A DNA stretch of 64,000 nucleotides from the human T2T-CHM13v2.0 reference genome, Homo sapiens: the NCBI RefSeq assembly GCF_009914755.1, contig NC_060937.1. One strand, written 5' to 3'. Shown piece after piece: positions 56,780-64,000 of the stretch; the stretch's first letter is position 1, and every line of letters starts with the position of its first letter. A program made the translations under genes and the position numbers. The notes below the pieces were generated by a model that had not been told where the DNA came from, did not search any database, and saw nothing but the letters and a program-made list of their open reading frames with translations.

Positions 56780-57495
56780 TGTGATGGGCTGGACTGTGTT
56801 CCCAAAGTCCTAACCCGTTTCTCAGAGTGTGGTCTTGTTTGGAGATACGGTCTTTACAGAGGTAATCAAGTTGCAATGAGGTCATTAGGGTAGACCCTAA
56901 TCCTACACGACACGCATCCTTATGAAAGGGGAATATGTGGACACAAGCACAGAGGGAAGACAGAGTGAAAACACAGGGAGAGGCTGGGTGTGGTGGCTCA
57001 CTCCAGTAATCCCAGCACTTTGGGAGGCCAAGGCAGGAGGATCTCTTGAAGCCAGGAGTTTGAGACCAGCCTGGGCTACACAGGGAGACCTTGACTCTAT
57101 AACAAATTTAAAAATTAGCCAGGCATGGTGGTGCATGCCTTTAGTTCCAACTACTTGGGAGGCTGAGGCAGGGGGATCACTTGAACCTGGGGGATCGAGG
57201 CTGCAGTGAGTCGTGTTCGTGCCAATGCACTCCATCCTGGGTGACAGAGTGAGACCTTGTCTCAAACACACACACGCATGGACACACACATACACACACG
57301 GAGAATGCCAGAAGACACCTGAGGCTCCCAGAAACTAGCAGAGAGACATGAAGGGATCCTCCCCTGGGGGTTTTAGAGGAAGCAAGGCCCTGCAGACACC
57401 TTAATTTTGGACTTCTAGCCTCCAGACTAGATAATAAATTGACCTAAGTCACCCAGCTGCAGTACTTTGCTATTGCAGCCCCTAGACTAATAGAA
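56780..57495 (+). mobile_element. MLT1 (B/C-like) LTR interrupted by an AluJ (56982-57298)
   Basis: TGTGATGGGCTGGACTGTGTTCCC...GAGGTAATCAAG...GCAGACACCTTAATTTTGGACTTCTAGCCTCCAG...GCAGCCCCTAGACTAATA. Confidence 0.85.
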
Positions 57496-58424
57496 ACCTC
57501 CACTGCTGGAAATTTTACATGATGAATTTCCTAAAATAAGGCTTGTTGGTTCCCAGTTTGAAGACCAGATTGAAGAGTTTTGTTTTGTTTTAATAGCATT
57601 GGCTTTTAAAATATAAACATGAACTAGACCCTCCTGTCTGGAGAATTCCCTATCATTTTGACTAAAGCAAGGGTTTTTTTTTGTTCTTTTTTTTTCACAC
57701 TTTTGGATAAAAGGGGAAGAAATGACAGGTATTTAAATATCAAGGTCTCTTTCCTCCTGGGCTTTGAAGAGGAAGAAAAGCAGCTTAATTGGCTCTGGAC
57801 CGTCTGGGGGTGGTGGGTGGGTGATCTGATATTCTTTTTAAAAAGATGGATGAAACAAGGAAATTTTTCTCATCTTGAAATGCAACTCCCTGGGTCTCTA
57901 GTTTTAAAGGAGCCTTCCCAGGTATCTCTCATGCTTCCTGAGAGCTCCACAAGGCTTTCTCATCTGCCTTCTGTGGCCAGCTGGCAGGACTCATGTGATC
58001 TTCTTTAGCCGAGATCAGGGACTCAAGGAGGACAGCTCTCTCTTGCTTCCCTGAGCTCACTTTCTGCAGTTCCATCTCCTCCACCTTTTTAGGATTTTCA
58101 CCTTTCAAGAGATATCAGAATCTCAAGGAAGTTTGGAAGAAAAATGTGCATTCCTTTGTGCTTGCCACAGCATCTCTAACCCTCGAGGGGGTTAGTCTCT
58201 GTCCATCCTTGACTCAGGCAGGCTGTGTGACCTCTCTCTAGCCTCAGCCTTCACGCGGAATCATGTGTGAAGTGTCATTAGCTCTTGATGGCCTGGCTCC
58301 TCAATTCAGTCATCTATGCCAAGTCATCTATGGCAGTTGTAGCAGTGCCTAACCCTGGAATTTGAAAGAGATGGAAACATTTTGACTCTTTAACTGTTGG
58401 TGTCTTTTCCATTAGAAACTCTAG

Positions 58425-59098
<674 letters not shown>

Positions 59099-60410
59099 TG
59101 TTTGGGTATTTTTTAAATGCCAAGTTATTTTGTGCCCTGACACATTTCAGGCCACCTCTCTGCCCACATAATTTTATGATTATATGACCGCATTTACTGA
59201 TAAAAAACGACCACCAAAAATATCTCCTTTTCACCTTGGCTTAATTTAAGACTGTCACTGAAGCATTTGATGATAATGTCTTAGGCATCTAAAATGGCAA
59301 AATTGCAGGCCTGTGGACAAATTAACAATTCTTCTTTGGTTCTTGCATTGGAGGTTCTGATACTTCAAAACATAGACTCCTTTATGATTTGTATTAAAGG
59401 GAGAGCACTATAGGAGGAAAGAATCAGAGTAACAATGCTGTTATCGAAAATCACAAACCTTTTTGGAATTGCATTTGATGCAAAATTATAGACTGTCTTC
59501 AACTTCCTTTTTGCAGCTGTGAGTTGTTTAGTATTTAACCATGCAACCTTAAATTACAGAGAAGATGGGGGAAAAAAATCTCTGTTCAGGGCGTTGTCTC
59601 CACTCATCTTTGTAGATATCTTGGTGTGAACATAGCGTAATATTCCCATTAATTGTTATATAGACTAATTCTAACACTGACTTCTAGGTTCTTTGTGTAG
59701 TTTTGACAGTGGTATATTCATAAAATGGAAAATCTGGAAATTTTTCAAAGCTGAAATAAAACGGCAAGGATTTGGAACTAAAATCAAGGGTTTAACCTTT
59801 AAAAGAAATCAACTTAATTGTAAATTTCACTTCAAACATTTCCCGGGATCTGGAGAAGGCAAACTGCAGAAAGGTCAGCCAGATTGCAGTTGGGCAGAAA
59901 ATCTCATTTAAACTGTATTATCACAACCAAAAAGCCCTATTTGGAAATCAGACGTAAATAATGCCAAGCAATCAGGGAGGTAGGAAGGACGGGTGGATCT
60001 CAGTGCCTGCCCCAGCCCCTGACTGCCTCTGACGAGAGGTGGACATCTGTTCTGCTCCGGGGGCAGAGGCAGGAGTATGGAGCTGTACTGCTGCTTTCAT
60101 CACCCAATAGCCGGTGGCCTTAGAAAAAAGCAAATTAATTTTGGAGGCTTCAGTTCCCTCATCTGTAAAAAGAATGGGTGAAAAGAGATGATCTTTAAGG
60201 TTCCTTCCAGTTCAAAAAAGTTCTGATTCCAGGTCATTTTCTGATTCGCTGACATTGGTTCCTTATAGGAAGCCATCAAGGAAGAAATGAAATGTGAGCA
60301 GTGGCATGAACATTTGGTTCGAGAGTTTCTGGGATATTCTTGGCTGAAAACTGGTGTAACTGATGACTTACAGATAAGTGAGAAGAAAGCACCGTTAAAA
60401 GGATGGATTA

Positions 60411-60703
60411 GGCCAGGGGTGGTGGCTCACGCCTGTAATCCCAGCACTTTGCGAGGCTGAGGCGGACAGATCACATGAGGTCAGGAGTTCAAGACCGGCC
60501 TGGCCAACATGTTGAAACCCAGCCTCTACTAAAAATTTTAAAAAATTAGCAAGGCATGGTGGCACATGCCTGTATTCCCAGCTACTCAGGAGGCTGAGGG
60601 AGGAGAATCGCTTGAACCCGGGAGGCAAGGGTGCAGTGAGCTGAGATTGTGCCACTGCACTCCAGCCTGGGCAACAGAGCAAGACTTTGTCTCAAAAAAA
60701 AAA
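60411..60703 (+). mobile_element. AluS
   Basis: Dimeric Alu with A tail. Confidence 0.95.
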
Positions 60704-62584
60704 GTGGGGGAGGGTGGATTAAAATTCTGCTCTGCCATTTCCTTCTTTGTGCTGATACATACAAATAAAGTAAAACACCTAGCATCAGATCAGGTACCTT
60801 GGAGGTAAACCCCACATAGAAGCTATGGATGATGTTGAAATTTGGCCACCCATTGAAGCAGGATGAGTGCATGTACAGAAGAACACCCGAGAGGCAGAAC
60901 TGCTGAAATAGCCTAAAACCTTTAGGCTACTGTGAGAGGCCACTGTGAACTATCGAGGCAGCTACAAAGAGAAACAGCCTAGGTGGTTGCTTTAGAAGGA
61001 CGATTCCTTCTACCAGGTGGAACAGTAGTGGGACAGGTCACCAAGCTGGGGACACTCAGCCTGCAGTGGTCTATCCTTAAACCATGTGGCCCTGAGAATT
61101 AGTCCTGGAAATTCCCTTCAAGTCAGTGGTGATGAGAATCACACAAATAACTATACCAAGAAAGCCAAGGTCAACACAAAGTAGAAAAGTCCTAGGAATG
61201 GAGCCTCAGGTGTCAGTCTTGGAAAGAGACAGGGCAGGGTCCGAGGAAGAGCTGCAGAGGAAACATAAATCAATGAAGTGGCCTCAGACAGGCCAGGATG
61301 GCTCCTGGCTTGTATTGGACTCTTAATACATATTTATTCATTGACGGGCTCAATGGATGGATAGATGTTGTGCCTGAAGTTAAAGAGGCACGAGGGACAA
61401 AGGAGTGTGAAAAATGGCAGAATCCATGTCTGAAAAAGCTCTGTTTTCTTCTGCCCTGGTTATTTTTTGGTTCCTCACCTCCTTTCCTGTCTGAGGACTG
61501 TCTCAGGCATTCCCAAACCCGAGCAAACCCCAGAGATTTCCTGAGTAGGACCTTGCAGCCTTTGACAGTAACGCACGGTAGCAGTTGTCATTGTGTCTTA
61601 CTCAATCTCCCTGTCTCTTTTTGTTCTCATTGCTCTTTCCGTAGTCCAGCTCTCTGACTACTCTGACATTCTGGCCCAATGGCCTCCTCATGGTCCACTC
61701 CAGCATAAGCCATTTGATCATTTAGCATTCCACAGGCTTTCCAAAATACTTTCCAGGCCTCTGCACTGTGCCTCAGTTAAAACCCCAGTTGCTTTGTTTG
61801 ACATGCCATCGTTTGTCCTGGTATGACATTCCAAGCATGCTTTCTACTTTCCTCCAGGAACCTTCCGGGGCAGCCCAAACTTTTTGCCCTCAGCCTCCAC
61901 TGTCATCCCCACCCCACTCACTGGTGCATATGAGCTCATGCATTTCCTTTGTCCGCAATGACCTTGGCTCATCCATCCATCTATCCAGCCGCTCACCCAT
62001 CATGAGCTTCCTACCAGCCATCAAGTGCTGGTCAGTATGTGCTCATATCCCTGCACATCCCTGTCCATACCCCCATCTCACTTCTTTCTGGGCTCTTTTC
62101 ATGTACTAATTCTTGTTTGGTGATTGTACCAGCAATCCCAACCAGATAACAAGCACCTCGGGGGAAGGATGATGTCCTGTGTTCCCTTCCTGGCGCTATC
62201 TGATGAACAGAAACATTAAGGAGACCTCTGGGGGACTTGTGGATTGACAAAGTCATTTTCAATAAGTTTTGTTAGTTAAAGTAAAGGCAAGCTAACTTTC
62301 TGAAGGCTATCTAAAAATAGAATTTTAAAACCAGCATTCCCATCTGAGTAATAAATTCAATTAGATTTTTGGATTTAAAAAAAAAATGTGATATTGGTTT
62401 TTCATTTCTTCTGCTAGTTGTTTCCAGGCAACCTTGAACTTGTCAAATAAAAAAGTATAAACAGAAGACTATGAGTTTTATGACCTTACTTTGAAAATCC
62501 TGCCCTCGGCAGGCTAAACACACTCTCAGCATTATGACTAGACATTTCTTAAAGGCCAGCCCCTAGGTTTTTCTTGGGGGATTT

Positions 62585-62770
62585 TAGGATGAAAACATAG
62601 GATGTGGAGTTATATACTCCAAATAATTTGAATCCTGACTTTATCGTTGTGAGATTGGAATAAATCATTTAAACTTTCTGACCTTTGGTTTCTTAAATTC
62701 TGAAATAGGCATCATCCCCCAACCTGCCTACCTTACAGTGAGGTGACTGAAGAACAAAGATGACCTTTGT
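62585..62770 (+). mobile_element. MIR
   Basis: TTTGAATCCTGACT...AAATCATTTAAACTTTCTGACCTTTGGTTTCTT...CTGAAATAGG. Similar MIR cores occur near 3950, 29100-29330, 39970, 40950, 45350, 49720, 51000 and 60100. Confidence 0.7.
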
Positions 62771-64000
62771 CATCGTCTTTGTCCATCATCACCATCATCC
62801 ATATCATCTCTAGAATTAATATAAAAAAGGCAGAGAAGGAGAGGCAGATCCCTGGACTTCATGCCTGGCTGGGAATGTAGGAGCAAGCCCCCAGCTCCTG
62901 CCAGGGTCAGCACACGAGCAGCCATGGCCAGTTCCTGAGGCACAGCCACCCCATGCAAAGGTCTGCATCCCAGAGGCACCTCTACGCAGCCAGAATCAAT
63001 TTGCCTGTACTTTCTTGCCTTCCAGCTCCTTAATCCTTGGCCCAGGATGGCTCACTTCAACCCATCACCTGCTTTGGCTCTGGGCCCCAAGCTTCCTGAA
63101 GGGCCCAGTCTTTTCCAGCTGCTGGGACCAGTTTGGGGTAACCCTTACAGCAATGGGAATGGCAGTTCCAGCTCCAGGCTGGGGTAAATCAAGGAAGCCT
63201 TTGCTGTTTGTTCTGAGCTTGGTTTTCAGCTCCCAAGAGCTGCATGTGATAGCTCCCCTCTCCCTGTTAACACAGTGGAGGAACAATTATCTTCCTGGTG
63301 AAAATTGTTGGGACTGTCTTCCCTTCTCTGTTTGCAGGCAGCACCAAGTTGGGACGAATGAAATAAGAACGTGAGGGAGAACAGCCCGGGCTGTTCGCTT
63401 TCACAAACCCCTCGGGTCTTCAGACTAATTCTGAAGATCACCAGGAGACAATTTCTAAATGAAGAAAGGGAACACTGGGCTTATTAAAAAGCCTCCTCCT
63501 TCTTGCAGAGTAGAAGGATCCTTCTATCTCACCAGAAAATATGCCATTTCATAAGAAACCTAAATTGTTTTTTCTATGGTGACAAAATGAAATGTTCCTT
63601 TGTCAAGAATGAGCAAGCCTCAGAAAAGAGAGCCCCTCCCTGCCCAGCCATGAGGAGCGATTTTGCTACAATTTCTGTCCATTTTAAGATCAATGCAAAT
63701 TACTCAAGTGATTTGAGAGCAGTCGTGGAGGGCAATTCTTTTGGGAGAGATTTTCAAATTGTGTTTTAAGTCCTCGAGGCCGGTTCCCAAGACAGAACTG
63801 GACCTTCTCAATGACCGGGACCTTGTTATTCTGGAATAACATGTTATTATGGGACATCATTATGCTTCATCCTGACCCCATGAAGTTTATGAGACAGGCC
63901 CAATTATTGAGCCATATGGCAAAGAGAAATTTGGGTAAACAAATTTGTATTTCAATAAAATTTAGAGTCCCATAAAATATAATAATTAAGATGTACATGA

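Noticed and set aside
58309-58336. Short direct duplications (GTCATCTATG x2 here; also ~765-800, ~23778-23796, ~41223-41272)
   Set aside because: Ordinary slippage-scale duplications, common in neutral DNA.

Overview
This is primate, most likely human, intergenic or intronic DNA. I recognised no protein-coding exon, tRNA, rRNA or CRISPR array, and I could not name the locus. All listed ORFs look like L1/Alu/LTR relics, low-complexity artefacts or chance ORFs. The window is a dense nest of interspersed repeats: about 30 Alus, L1MA/MB/ME/PB fragments, L2, L3, MIR, MaLR/ERVL LTRs (THE1, MLT1, MLT2, LTR33), MER DNA transposons, an LTR7 (HERV-H) solo LTR inside an Alu, and a rearranged HERV-K(HML-2) LTR5-PBS-gag relic. 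It also carries a 2.7-kb compound (TA/CA/TG) minisatellite and a (GAA)22(GGA)15 purine tract. The most notable structure that ordinary repeat annotation does not explain is a recurring set of inverted-template events. These are (i) two head-to-head Alus 29 bp apart that are identical at 152 of 153 bp and share private mutations, (ii) a ~430-bp inverted duplication of apparently non-repetitive DNA around a 1.3-kb spacer, (iii) a 177-bp inverted templated copy of a neighbouring Alu, and (iv) several micro fold-back insertions. The HML-2 relic also contains a duplicated, G-to-A-hypermutated gag piece. I see no convincing evidence of a new gene system; the best leads are these rearrangement and retroviral-capture scars. 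All alignments and repeat-family calls were made by eye or from remembered consensus sequences, so subfamily names and the edges of old repeats are approximate.
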